Shown here one piece after another: positions 35,690 to 44,296 of a DNA stretch of 64,000 nucleotides. The notes beneath the pieces were generated by a model. It ran no database searches. It saw only the letters and a list, made by a program, of their open reading frames with translations, and was not told the origin of the DNA. The stretch comes from a virus, in IMG/VR virus record IMGVR_UViG_3300029953_000001. One strand, 5' to 3'. Position numbers and translations under genes: made by a program. Each line of letters opens with the position of its first letter. The stretch's first letter is position 1.

Positions 35690-36481
35690 ATGACCCTCTA
35701 TATCAGAGGGATTCTCATGCAAACGGCGAATAATACAATCTTCAGTTCCCAAGCCGCGCTTTCTGGTGCGTGGCGGAACATCAACAACTGGTTCAATTTC
35801 TCCCTACACATCACCGGGCTCGAAGGAAACGTGTGGGTGGAAGCCTCGAATGACCCCACCGTCATGACGGACGGTCCTACCATCAGTGCTCCGGGAACTC
35901 CTGTGTTGACCCAGTACACCCCAACAGCAGACAGCCACAAGCAGGGCATCGCTACCACGACCACCTTCTACGTGAAGAACACCTTCGTGACCGTGAACGG
36001 TGAGACTGTTGCCAGTGCAGAGGCCAACCTGTCCGTGTTAGCGGGTAACCTTCTCGTAGTTGCATCACCGGTTAAAGACGCTGGCGGATACGCCACCTCG
36101 TGGAATACCTATATCAGCACGACCAGCGGTGCTGAAGTCCTCCAGAATCTAGAAGACGGTGCTGTCATCGCACCCCTTGCCTTTGGTAAGACCTTCATTC
36201 TCTTGAACGGGGTTCAAAACAGTGGCATTACGGTACCGGGCTCCAACACTTCAGGCTCCCCCAACTCGGGTGTCAGCATCACCGGCAACTTGGCCGCTGT
36301 CAGCTATACTCCTCCGGCCCCGGCTGCGGAGTTCAACCAGCTTCAGGTCATCATTGACGCCACGAACCACCAAGCCATGATTAACCCATCGGGTATTATC
36401 TGGAATTACATCCGGGTGTGCAAAGACAGCACCGCCAACACGCGGGTGACTACAGGGAATTTGTTTGGTCAGATTGGATGA
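35690..36481 (+). CDS. Ser/Thr/Gly-rich structural-like protein (probable start MQTANN at 35717)
   Basis: Beta-rich low-complexity composition similar to 39122..39886 and 707..2167; palindrome CCCTCTATATCAGAGGG directly upstream doubles as RBS. Confidence 0.55.
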   Translation: MTLYIRGILMQTANNTIFSSQAALSGAWRNINNWFNFSLHITGLEGNVWVEASNDPTVMTDGPTISAPGTPVLTQYTPTADSHKQGIATTTTFYVKNTFVTVNGETVASAEANLSVLAGNLLVVASPVKDAGGYATSWNTYISTTSGAEVLQNLEDGAVIAPLAFGKTFILLNGVQNSGITVPGSNTSGSPNSGVSITGNLAAVSYTPPAPAAEFNQLQVIIDATNHQAMINPSGIIWNYIRVCKDSTANTRVTTGNLFGQIG

Positions 36482-36676
36482 TTAAACAAAAGCTTTTCTG
36501 ACTTCTCAGTATTATAGAACTACCAAATAAAACCAGTATTATAGCTATGCCGGTTAGCCGGTTAAAGACCATGATGGCTGAGTTGAAAGCAGGCACGTAC
36601 AAGCATTGGGTTTCTGATCCTGATGCTGTGGGTAGCCTACAAAAAGAAAAGAAGTAGCTAGGCAAATTTCTAACAC

Positions 36677-36707
36677 AAGGGCAGCAACTTCGGTTGCTGC
36701 CCTTTTT
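36677..36707 (+). terminator. Rho-independent terminator (AAGGGCAGCAAC-TTCG-GTTGCTGCCCTT + TTTTT)
   Basis: 12-bp perfect stem, tetraloop, T-run on plus strand; between convergent genes. Confidence 0.7.
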
Positions 36708-38307
36708 ACCTATCCACAATAAATATGATGCGGCTACCCTCTGGTGTCTCCACTACCTCTTCCATGTGCTCAGGGTAAATCTTGCACAGGGATTTGTAAT
36801 GCGAAGAGCCCGGAACCGTAGCTACCACATATCGGAACTTTTGGAAAAGAACTTTTACTTTAGATTCCAAGAACGTGGACTTCCATTGAGTGGGGGGCTC
36901 GTGGTACATCGGGGCATGGGTCTGTGGTGAATTGACGACGGTCGGAGATAGAGGCAGAGCGTTGTTCAACGCTACCGACCCTCCAAACTCAAACCCTTCC
37001 TCAATCATAGGCATTGTCACGTTAGGGTGGCAGATGCAAGCCGTAACCGCAGTGTTCCATTCCGGCTGATGGTAGATGATGAGGGAGTAACGCAGGTCGT
37101 TATGTACATTAATTCCCTGCTTGTGCAAAGCATGAGAGCACCAGCGGTCCTCCGCCGTGTCCGATGTCAGTGGTGCAGCGGCGACGATCTGCATAGCACG
37201 CTTGCTCAACCAGTAAGCCGCACCTGAAGCCCACGAGGGATTCCCCCCACGGTTCTCCCTACCTGTATAGTCATGCTGCTGCCAGCCAGCTTGAACCAGA
37301 CGCGGGACTTCTACATAAGTATCGTCGTCCACCTTGCACACATACTCATAGCCGTTGTCGAGCACCCACTGATAGATAGCCTTCATTTTTGCCGGGAGAC
37401 CAAGGTACCCGTCGTCCACATCGAGGAACACTTCATCCTCCAGCGGTTCACGAGTTGCACCGTTGCCGTAGAATATTTTGTAGTCCACCTTGTACATCGA
37501 CTTAAGCCACGTCTTGCGAATCTCATCTACCCGATGCTGGTACTTATGGCACGCGACCACCGCCACGATGAACTTAGGGAGAGGTAGGGGAGCCGGAGGC
37601 GTGGACTCAGAGCCGAAGAACTCAGAGACCCCGCGCTTACGCAAGAAAATGCGATGACCCAGAGCTTTGGCACGTCCACGGAACGAAGCGTAGCGAGGGT
37701 CTTCCTTATCCCGGTTGTAGGGCAGGGTGGTGATATTCACATCGGAGACGGCGACTACCTTCAACTCATGGTCTTTCAGGGTGAGGAACCAGTCACCATG
37801 TTCCCCCCCAATTTTCATCCGCTCGTCCCATGGGTATGGACGGATAGATTCTGTACGGGCGAGGAAATAGTTCACTACGAGGTCACATTGGGTGATGTTC
37901 CTCGTAATGTTGAGTTTAGTCTGGGCGATATACTGGCCGGGTGCGACAATCAGGTCACCCTCGTACACGTTTCCATCCACGTGTCCGCCAGCCACGTCGA
38001 TGCTCGGGTCAGCGTCAAGTACCGAGAGCAGGCGTTCGATGCCTCGACGTGCCTCGTCGGTAGAGAAGTCGAAGTCGTCGGAGCCCATCAAAAGGTATTT
38101 TGTACGTGTAGCAGCTACCCCGTGGTTTCGTTTCACCGACAGTCCCGAGTCAAACTTTAGGGATATGGTAGCTCCGGCTATGCCGCTGTCGTCTACAACC
38201 ACCACCTGACATTCAGGAAGGTTCTTTTTGATACCTGCCAAGCAGTCCGCCAAATATCCCGGACGCAGAAAAGATGTAATGAGAATTGTTACATTAGATA
38301 GACTCAA
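36706..38307 (-). CDS. Two-domain glycosyltransferase (N-terminal GT2-like; C-terminal GT with DDD motif, Fringe/GT31-like)
   Basis: VTILITSFLRPGYL...QVVVVDDSG; second half KIFYGNG...KVDDDTYV. Confidence 0.7.
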   Translation of the reverse strand: MSLSNVTILITSFLRPGYLADCLAGIKKNLPECQVVVVDDSGIAGATISLKFDSGLSVKRNHGVAATRTKYLLMGSDDFDFSTDEARRGIERLLSVLDADPSIDVAGGHVDGNVYEGDLIVAPGQYIAQTKLNITRNITQCDLVVNYFLARTESIRPYPWDERMKIGGEHGDWFLTLKDHELKVVAVSDVNITTLPYNRDKEDPRYASFRGRAKALGHRIFLRKRGVSEFFGSESTPPAPLPLPKFIVAVVACHKYQHRVDEIRKTWLKSMYKVDYKIFYGNGATREPLEDEVFLDVDDGYLGLPAKMKAIYQWVLDNGYEYVCKVDDDTYVEVPRLVQAGWQQHDYTGRENRGGNPSWASGAAYWLSKRAMQIVAAAPLTSDTAEDRWCSHALHKQGINVHNDLRYSLIIYHQPEWNTAVTACICHPNVTMPMIEEGFEFGGSVALNNALPLSPTVVNSPQTHAPMYHEPPTQWKSTFLESKVKVLFQKFRYVVATVPGSSHYKSLCKIYPEHMEEVVETPEGSRIIFIVDR

Positions 38308-38972
38308 ATCAACAACCCCTTAGTGACCTTCTCTATATCTTCCCACTCAGTCTCAATATAGGACATGCTAGGCAAATATTTCTTTGACGCATTTTCAGGG
38401 TGGATTGTAGCCACCATCAAATCCAATGTGTTAAGGTCTTTCCAGTGCTCTTGCGGGATGCTGCGAAGGAACTTGCAGTCAGCACCGGAGGGTATGTCTT
38501 CGAACGGTTGCTTCTCCCACACGCTCCTTCGAGTAGCGAAGGCACCTATCCATGGCTGAGAAGTCCAATTCTGGTAGCGGTAGGCCGTCTCCGTCCCATG
38601 GATGTAGTAATACAGGCGGCTGGTTCCGGTTACCCACACATTGGGGTCAGCGAACGGTGCCACTTGTCTAGACACCCTGTCACAACGATAGATGTCATCG
38701 TCGTCTACCACAATCAGGAACTCACCTTTGGCAAGCGCACAGCCCTCATTCATCAACTGACCGTGGTTCAATTTCACATTCGGCATCGAAACATACCGGA
38801 TGCGAGGGTCCTCAGGTAGGAGGTCTTTAATTTGGTCTGTCCCATTATCAACAATTACCCACTCAAGATTTGGGTAGTCCTGTGACAAAAAATACCCCAC
38901 ACAGCGCGGCCAGAACTCGCGGCGGTTGTAGGTGGGGGTGATACACGAGACGAGGGGTTTAGTACCTTCCAC
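38304..38972 (-). CDS. Family-2 glycosyltransferase
   Basis: VSCITPTYNRREF ... LIVVDDDDIY (DxD) classic GT2 N-terminal half. Confidence 0.75.
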   Translation of the reverse strand: MEGTKPLVSCITPTYNRREFWPRCVGYFLSQDYPNLEWVIVDNGTDQIKDLLPEDPRIRYVSMPNVKLNHGQLMNEGCALAKGEFLIVVDDDDIYRCDRVSRQVAPFADPNVWVTGTSRLYYYIHGTETAYRYQNWTSQPWIGAFATRRSVWEKQPFEDIPSGADCKFLRSIPQEHWKDLNTLDLMVATIHPENASKKYLPSMSYIETEWEDIEKVTKGLLI

Positions 38973-39121
38973 CTAACCCCTCCATATAAGCCGCAATAGC
39001 CCTACGGTACTCTGCTTGGTACCTATCTGTTTTTTCTTCGTGTGACATATGCAGTAAATACCCAAAATTCTAACTACCAAATACTAGGTAGAAACGAAAC
39101 TCTCTTTAGGAGACCCCTCAG

Positions 39122-39886
39122 ATGGCAATTTCAGTTGTTCAGAAAGCAAAGAATTTTTCAGCGTATCAGGTAAAGCCGCTGACGGTGACCCTCCCAGCAG
39201 GGACAACCGCAGGTTCGTACCTCGCTGTTGTTGTTGAAGCATCGAAGAGCGGGGCTCCCTTCAACCTTGGCTCCTTTGGTGCCCACATCCCCAACCCTAT
39301 CGTCACCGACGACAAGAGCAACGTCTACACGACTGTTGACAGCATCGTAGGCGTGTCGCAGGAAGCGAACGGTATCAACAACCCTGATGCGTCGGGCTTC
39401 TTCCCTTCGGCCTACATCTATGTCGTTGCCGCCGCGACTGGTACTCAGAACATCTCCATTGGTGCCTTCTACCCGGACGAATACATCTCGCCTATTCAGC
39501 CGGGTGGCAACCTCGCTTCGCCGCCTAACGTCAACGGTCGCCCGGTGTTCGACGGTGGTCTGCACGCTCAGGTGTTCGAGGTAGCTGGTCTTGCGACCGG
39601 TGTTGACGTTCACGGGCATGGTACCACGTATGGCTCAACTCCGCTTGGTGCTGGGTTATTCACTACTTCTGCCGTCGCTGGTATCATCATCGAAGCTGGT
39701 ATCCTGATTGACTCGGCGACCATCTCCCCAGACACCAACGTCAACTCCGTATTGCAGTATTCGCAGCGGCTCAACGCTTCAACCTTCATGGTTCAGACCC
39801 GCATCACGGGTGGAGCCGTGACAAATGCTGGCTTCGGCAACGCGCTGAAGTATGGCGGAGCGGTCGTGGGCGTGGCTCTGAAATAG
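39122..39886 (+). CDS. Ser/Thr/Gly/Ala-rich structural-like hypothetical protein (254 aa)
   Basis: Composition and strong terminator immediately downstream; RBS GGAGA before ATG. Confidence 0.55.
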   Translation: MAISVVQKAKNFSAYQVKPLTVTLPAGTTAGSYLAVVVEASKSGAPFNLGSFGAHIPNPIVTDDKSNVYTTVDSIVGVSQEANGINNPDASGFFPSAYIYVVAAATGTQNISIGAFYPDEYISPIQPGGNLASPPNVNGRPVFDGGLHAQVFEVAGLATGVDVHGHGTTYGSTPLGAGLFTTSAVAGIIIEAGILIDSATISPDTNVNSVLQYSQRLNASTFMVQTRITGGAVTNAGFGNALKYGGAVVGVALK

Positions 39887-39908
39887 CCTGTTATAAGTTC
39901 TCACAAAA

Positions 39909-39945
39909 TAGCCCCCTATAATAAGGGGGCTATTTTTTCATGTAC
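39909..39945 (+). terminator. Rho-independent terminator (ATAGCCCCCTATAATAAGGGGGCTAT + TTTTT)
   Basis: Perfect GC-rich hairpin followed by T-run, seen in sequence. Confidence 0.75.
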
Positions 39946-40032
39946 ATACAAGCTAAAAGTACAGTATTTAGGTAGTGTAGGTGATTACAGGCACACTTCG
40001 ACTTATTACTAATCTACCTGTAATTTTTAGAT

Positions 40033-40794
40033 TTGTCAATAACAAAGGAAAAAATGGCGGGAGTGGCGGGGGTTTACATATGGTTGAACTTGGTGAACGG
40101 TAAAGTATACGTCGGGTCAGCCAAATTTATACCCAGAAGAAAGTCCGCTCACCTTAGAGCCCTGAAGTTGGGGAAGCATCATAGCCCTCATTTTCAAGCG
40201 GCGTGGGATAAGTATGGTGAAGCTGCGTTCCAATTTGGAATCGTGGAAGAAGTCCTTGATGAGCTTTGGCTCCGGGCGAGAGAGACGGTTTGGATTAAAC
40301 AGCTACGGTCAGCCGAGTCTGTCTATGGGTACAACATCGCTCGTGACGGCTGGACTGCGGCTCAGCTTGAGCCCACAGAACGTCGCCGGGAAGCATGGAA
40401 GAAGAATGGTGAGCGTAAGAGGGGTGTTCAGGACCCACCTGAGGTTAGAGCTAGAAAGAAAGCGGCAAGTCAGGGTAGAACGCCCCCAAGTCACCTGAAC
40501 CATAAACACAGCGAAGAAACCAGAGCTAAAATGCGTGCTGCATGGGCGCGAAAGAAAGCTCGTGGGTATACGTCACCTGTAACTTTTACAACAGCCGGGA
40601 GACCCTCTTGGAATAAAGGAATACCCCCTTCCAAGGAATCCCGTCAGAAACTATCCATTTCACTAAGACTAAGCTGGACTCCTGAACGCCGCGCTGCACA
40701 AGCAGAACGGGCACGCAAACAAGGCTTAGCAAATTCAAAAAACCAACACAAAATCGGAGCTACGGAGCCGCGTTGTGTTGTGGAGGTGTCGTGA
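40033..40794 (+). CDS. GIY-YIG homing endonuclease with NUMOD3-like repeats (likely start MAGVAGVYIW ~40054)
   Basis: GVYIWLNLVNGKVYVGSA ... YGYN; HSEETRAKMRAAW and SKESRQKLSISL repeats. Confidence 0.8.
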   Translation: MSITKEKMAGVAGVYIWLNLVNGKVYVGSAKFIPRRKSAHLRALKLGKHHSPHFQAAWDKYGEAAFQFGIVEEVLDELWLRARETVWIKQLRSAESVYGYNIARDGWTAAQLEPTERRREAWKKNGERKRGVQDPPEVRARKKAASQGRTPPSHLNHKHSEETRAKMRAAWARKKARGYTSPVTFTTAGRPSWNKGIPPSKESRQKLSISLRLSWTPERRAAQAERARKQGLANSKNQHKIGATEPRCVVEVS

Positions 40795-40797
40795 TGA

Positions 40798-41559
40798 GTG
40801 AAAATACTCCTTACTTTCGATAGCGTGACCAGTGCCAGAGCTATGCTTCTGAGCGAGGATGAGCAACTAGAAGGCGCGACCACCATTAGCTTGGAGACGC
40901 AAGCCGACCTAGCTGAGGAAGACATCCTCAGTTTCATTAGCGAGAACTTTGAACGATTCCTGCGGACGCTCCGCTTCCTGAAGAAAGAAGACCAAGAACT
41001 TCTCCTCAGCTACTATCTGCTGTCGAAGACTCAGTCCACCCTCGCCCTCATCCACAAGTCAACGCAGACCGTTTGCAGCTTCCGTATCCGCATGGCGGTG
41101 AAAACGCTGGGCACATTCATGATGGTGGGGGAGCCCACCGAAGAACTACTACATGAGGTCTTGGAAAAGGCTGGGCTGGAGAACTCACTGGAGCCGCTAG
41201 GCATCGAATCCCCGTCGCCGAAACCCCGACTCTCCACGGTTGTGATGGAGTATGTCAGGACTCGCAACTTCCAACAGGTAGCAAATCACTTCGGGCTACA
41301 CCGACCAGATGTACGTCGGGCTATGAGCAGGGCATCCAAGGCTCTCATGGACTCCAAGGACGGCAAGGAAGCTGCTGTGGCAGCGTGGCTACACTCACTC
41401 ATCGACAAGGTATCACCGGTTGGAACCGGGTTCTCTAAACGCAAGGCACAGAAGATGGGGCACATATACATGAAATCTAGTGCAGTTCTCGGTCAGTTTA
41501 GGGTGAATATCGAGGACCCTGACTTTTCACAATGGTTCGTTTCGAGAGCCAGCAGGTAG
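40798..41559 (+). CDS. Sigma-70 region-4-like HTH protein (candidate phage sigma factor / transcription regulator)
   Basis: LKKEDQELLLSYYLLSKTQSTLALIHKSTQTVCSFRIRMAVKTL resembles sigma r4.2 (L..rEr.vl.l.y.l..t...iA...g.s...V......A..kL); second HTH-like TRNFQQVANHFGLHRPDVRRAMSRASKAL. Confidence 0.45.
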   Translation: MKILLTFDSVTSARAMLLSEDEQLEGATTISLETQADLAEEDILSFISENFERFLRTLRFLKKEDQELLLSYYLLSKTQSTLALIHKSTQTVCSFRIRMAVKTLGTFMMVGEPTEELLHEVLEKAGLENSLEPLGIESPSPKPRLSTVVMEYVRTRNFQQVANHFGLHRPDVRRAMSRASKALMDSKDGKEAAVAAWLHSLIDKVSPVGTGFSKRKAQKMGHIYMKSSAVLGQFRVNIEDPDFSQWFVSRASR

Positions 41560-41610
41560 ACATATTTCCGACTGACCTCGCTCGAACTCCGAGTCGAGTG
41601 TCGGGTTTGG

Positions 41611-41640
41611 TGGACTGGGGCGGAGTCGAACCGCCATCGG
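41611..41640 (-). other. tRNA 3'-end-like fragment (T-arm GGCGG-TTCGACT-CCGCC + 7-nt acceptor strand + A + CCA); no complete tRNA
   Basis: Minus-strand reads GGCGGTTCGACTCCGCCCCAGTCCACCA; no complementary 5' acceptor strand (GGACTGG) within 120 nt upstream. Confidence 0.25.
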
Positions 41641-41668
41641 GTCCCTGTCATCCCCATAGACAAGCCAT

Positions 41669-41932
41669 CTAGCCGTTCACTTTCCGTTTCTTCTTGTCGA
41701 TTCCCGGCCCTGCTTCGGCGGACGGGTTGATCTTCTCTGCCTTGGCTATCTCTTCCACCGCGAAGTATGCTCCGGCCATCGAACCTTCATAGCAGTTGAT
41801 GCCGATGGGATTCCGTCTCTTCATCTCCGTCCAGAGGGCTCGGATGCAGCACGCCAGTTCGAACCATGTCATGTCTTGGCACTGGGTGAGGAAGGCATCG
41901 ACCTTCTCACCTACTACGATTTCGCTAGGCAT
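41669..41932 (-). CDS. Hypothetical protein (87 aa)
   Basis: ORF preceded by conserved 21-nt RBS-containing motif. Confidence 0.45.
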   Translation of the reverse strand: MPSEIVVGEKVDAFLTQCQDMTWFELACCIRALWTEMKRRNPIGINCYEGSMAGAYFAVEEIAKAEKINPSAEAGPGIDKKKRKVNG

Positions 41933-41944
41933 GGTGTGCGCCTC

Positions 41945-42355
41945 CTAAAGACGCGGGAAATCGAATATGTTGTTGTTCGTGCGCGACCATCCACAATCGC
42001 AGATAGAGTCGTGGAAAGCGATGAGTTTTTCGTCGCGCTGCTTCAACTTCAACAGGTCGTTGCGCTGCTTCCACAGGTCGTTGCGCTGCTTCCACAGGTC
42101 GTTGCGCTGCTTCAACAGGTCGTCGCGCTGCTTCAACAGGTCGTCGCTCTGCTTCCACAGGTCGGCCAACCAAGTTGGCATATCGGCAGGAAGAATTTCA
42201 CGAAACAGTTTCTTCCGCAGTTCGATCTGCCAAGGCTCTTCTACTCTCGCCTTTGTTGTGTTGATGGTTTCGAGCCGTGAAGCATAGGACTCACCTAAAA
42301 GCTCGATAGGGAGACTCGCTTCGTGATGCGCGTGCAATGCTACGCAGGTTGCCAT
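41945..42355 (-). CDS. Heptad-repeat (coiled-coil) protein; start taken at MATCVALH with AGGAGG RBS
   Basis: DDLLKQR/NDLWKQR x6 encoded by 21-bp tandem repeats; RBS AGGAGG 9 nt upstream of ATG at 42355. Confidence 0.5.
   Translation of the reverse strand: MATCVALHAHHEASLPIELLGESYASRLETINTTKARVEEPWQIELRKKLFREILPADMPTWLADLWKQSDDLLKQRDDLLKQRNDLWKQRNDLWKQRNDLLKLKQRDEKLIAFHDSICDCGWSRTNNNIFDFPRL
42031..42165. repeat. 21-bp tandem repeat x~6 (CAGGTCGTTGCGCTGCTTCCA and variants)
   Basis: Seen in sequence 42053..42157 as five contiguous near-identical 21-mers plus degenerate flanks. Confidence 0.85.
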
Positions 42356-42393
42356 TGGTTTGCGCCTCCTAAAGACGCGGGGGTGGTGCGGGG

Positions 42394-42795
42394 CTAGGCG
42401 GCGATATTGGAGTAAGTGATGTGGTTGGCCAGGTCGGAGATTTCCTTCTGCCACCCTTCGTCAGCGATGAGTCGGGCCACCAAGAGAAGAATGCGGATCA
42501 CAAGTTTTTGGCGGGATGTCATTCTGTAACGCCTCCTAGCGTTGGGGTGATGCTGTTGCTTTTGTATTCCTAGCGGGATTCGAGCCTTCGCTGCAAATTG
42601 TTCTTTACTCAGTCTGAGTTTGAGTCGTGCAAGCTCAACAAAACGTGCAAACGAAACCCGTGCAGCCAGAGCATCCGTCCCGACCAAACTTGTGTTCTCG
42701 ATGGCCGGGATGCCCATATGTCCTGCGGCGATGAATGCTCCATCTTCCTCTGCCGCCATCTGGATGATCCATGCATCCTCCTCATCCCTCCTCAT
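42394..42795 (-). CDS. Putative HTH (XRE-like) DNA-binding protein
   Basis: LSKEQFAAKARIPLG helix-turn-helix-like segment; weak. Confidence 0.4.
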   Translation of the reverse strand: MRRDEEDAWIIQMAAEEDGAFIAAGHMGIPAIENTSLVGTDALAARVSFARFVELARLKLRLSKEQFAAKARIPLGIQKQQHHPNARRRYRMTSRQKLVIRILLLVARLIADEGWQKEISDLANHITYSNIAA

Positions 42796-42966
42796 GACGT
42801 TCCTCCCTTCGTCAAAAACTCGGTTGCTTTCTCTGGGGTCAGCTCGAAATACAGCAATCCTTCACCGTCGCGCTCTGCTTCTATCGGCTGCATCTTGCAG
42901 GTATTTCCATAAAACCATTCCGGCTCACCCTTGTTCTGCCCCTTCGGGATCGAATGTGTGCATCAA

Positions 42967-43320
42967 TCAATCCCACCTCGCGGTTTCGGTATCTAGCAGG
43001 TGGATGTGCATATCCTTGAGATCGCCAGCCAAAAGCAGTAAGCCGTTCTTGACCGCTTCGATGCGCTCGCGCTCCTTCTTGGTTCTCGCTGTGGCCAGTG
43101 CGGAGTTACGTAATTCGGCTTGAAACTCAATGTAGCGGATCACCTCCGCTTTTATGGCTGTTCCCTTGATGAAAATCATTGCGTCTCCATTCGGTTGGGT
43201 GCGTTCTTGATTGTTGGTTGACTCGGTGCTGCGGTGTCGCCTGTCCAGCCCCATGCACGAGCCATAGCTACAAGCTTGGGGAAGGAGGGTGCTGTTACTC
43301 GCTTGGTTGTCGGGTTCCAC
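42967..43320 (-). CDS. Hypothetical protein (likely shorter, from MIFIKG)
   Basis: ORF; 5' part overlaps next gene. Confidence 0.3.
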   Translation of the reverse strand: MEPDNQASNSTLLPQACSYGSCMGLDRRHRSTESTNNQERTQPNGDAMIFIKGTAIKAEVIRYIEFQAELRNSALATARTKKERERIEAVKNGLLLLAGDLKDMHIHLLDTETARWD

Positions 43321-43523
43321 TTGTGCAGCTTCGCCAGTGGGAGAGCCCTATAGTCCACGAAGACTGTCTCGTTCAGAACTGCATTGTATCCGACCCAGCC
43401 TGTCAGCAGCCAGAAGCACTGGTTGGCACATACTCCGAATCCGATGGTACGCTTCGAGCCGCAGAGCACGCAATGTGATACTTCGATGTTCCTGCGACCG
43501 ACCGGGCGTACTGTAATCCTCAT
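43176..43523 (-). CDS. Hypothetical protein (115 aa)
   Basis: ORF only. Confidence 0.45.
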   Translation of the reverse strand: MRITVRPVGRRNIEVSHCVLCGSKRTIGFGVCANQCFWLLTGWVGYNAVLNETVFVDYRALPLAKLHKWNPTTKRVTAPSFPKLVAMARAWGWTGDTAAPSQPTIKNAPNRMETQ

Positions 43524-43645
43524 AAAAGCATCTCCTACTTCTCAGTATACCAAGCACATCGCTCTTTTGGTTAGTTTTTTTTGAAAACTATTTTCTCGGT
43601 CGTACCGTTAACCTTTCTGACTATTGACCTCTTTAGTAGAGGTTC

Positions 43646-44296
43646 ATGATGACAATGCGCTATACAGTGTACCGAACACAGAACATCGCTAATGGCAGGT
43701 ACTACTTTGGGGTTCACAAAACGAGAGCCCCCTATGATGGATACTTAGGGTCAGGTACGATATTGATGGGTGCAGTGAAGAAGTATGGCAAACAGGCGTT
43801 CATCAAGAACGTGTGCTTCGTCTTTGACAACGCAGAGGAAGCTTTTGCAAAAGAGTTCGAACTGATTGAGACGTACAGGGAAGACCCGCTCTGCTACAAC
43901 CTGAGACAGGGAGGAAGTGGAGGTTTCGACTACATTAACACCCATGAGTTGAGACAAGGCACCCCTTATCTCGGGAAAACTCACTCTAAGGAAAGCAAGA
44001 AACTCATGAGCGATACTAAGAAAGGAAAACCCAGTCCATTTATCAATAGGTATCATACGGAGGGGGCTAGAGCAAAGAACCGTAAAGCGCATACGATTAA
44101 TCTACAGGGGCAACATTTTGGCGATGTCACCGCTATTTCCATTGTTAGCTACTCATCTACTAGAGCTAATTGGAGGGTTAAATGTGGGGTATGCGGGGAA
44201 GAAGGGATTGTGCGGAGTAGCCGGGTGCTAAATGGAGACTCCAGCTTTATGAAGCAACACAATACTTGCGAAGACCCTCCACTTCAGATGCGATAG
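43646..44296 (+). CDS. GIY-YIG homing endonuclease with NUMOD3-like motif
   Basis: YTVYRTQNIANGRYYFGVH ... CYNLRQGG; HSKESKKLMSDTKKG. Confidence 0.8.
   Translation: MMTMRYTVYRTQNIANGRYYFGVHKTRAPYDGYLGSGTILMGAVKKYGKQAFIKNVCFVFDNAEEAFAKEFELIETYREDPLCYNLRQGGSGGFDYINTHELRQGTPYLGKTHSKESKKLMSDTKKGKPSPFINRYHTEGARAKNRKAHTINLQGQHFGDVTAISIVSYSSTRANWRVKCGVCGEEGIVRSSRVLNGDSSFMKQHNTCEDPPLQMR

Noticed and set aside
41560-41700. Complete tRNA gene on minus strand
   Set aside because: Only the T-arm, 3' acceptor strand and CCA are present. No complementary 5' acceptor strand (GGACTGG or wobble variants) or D/anticodon arms occur at the required distance.
42031-42165. Possible CRISPR array suggested by regularly spaced 21-bp repeats
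   Set aside because: The repeats are contiguous with no spacers, only 21 bp long, and in-frame with a heptad-repeat ORF. This is a coding tandem repeat, not CRISPR.
41876-42287. Plus-strand ORFs 41876..42280 and 41967..42287 overlapping the repeat array
   Set aside because: They lie antisense to the better-supported minus-strand heptad ORF (which has an AGGAGG RBS). Their low-complexity translations (RSLRCFH…) are what an antisense reading of a tandem repeat produces.
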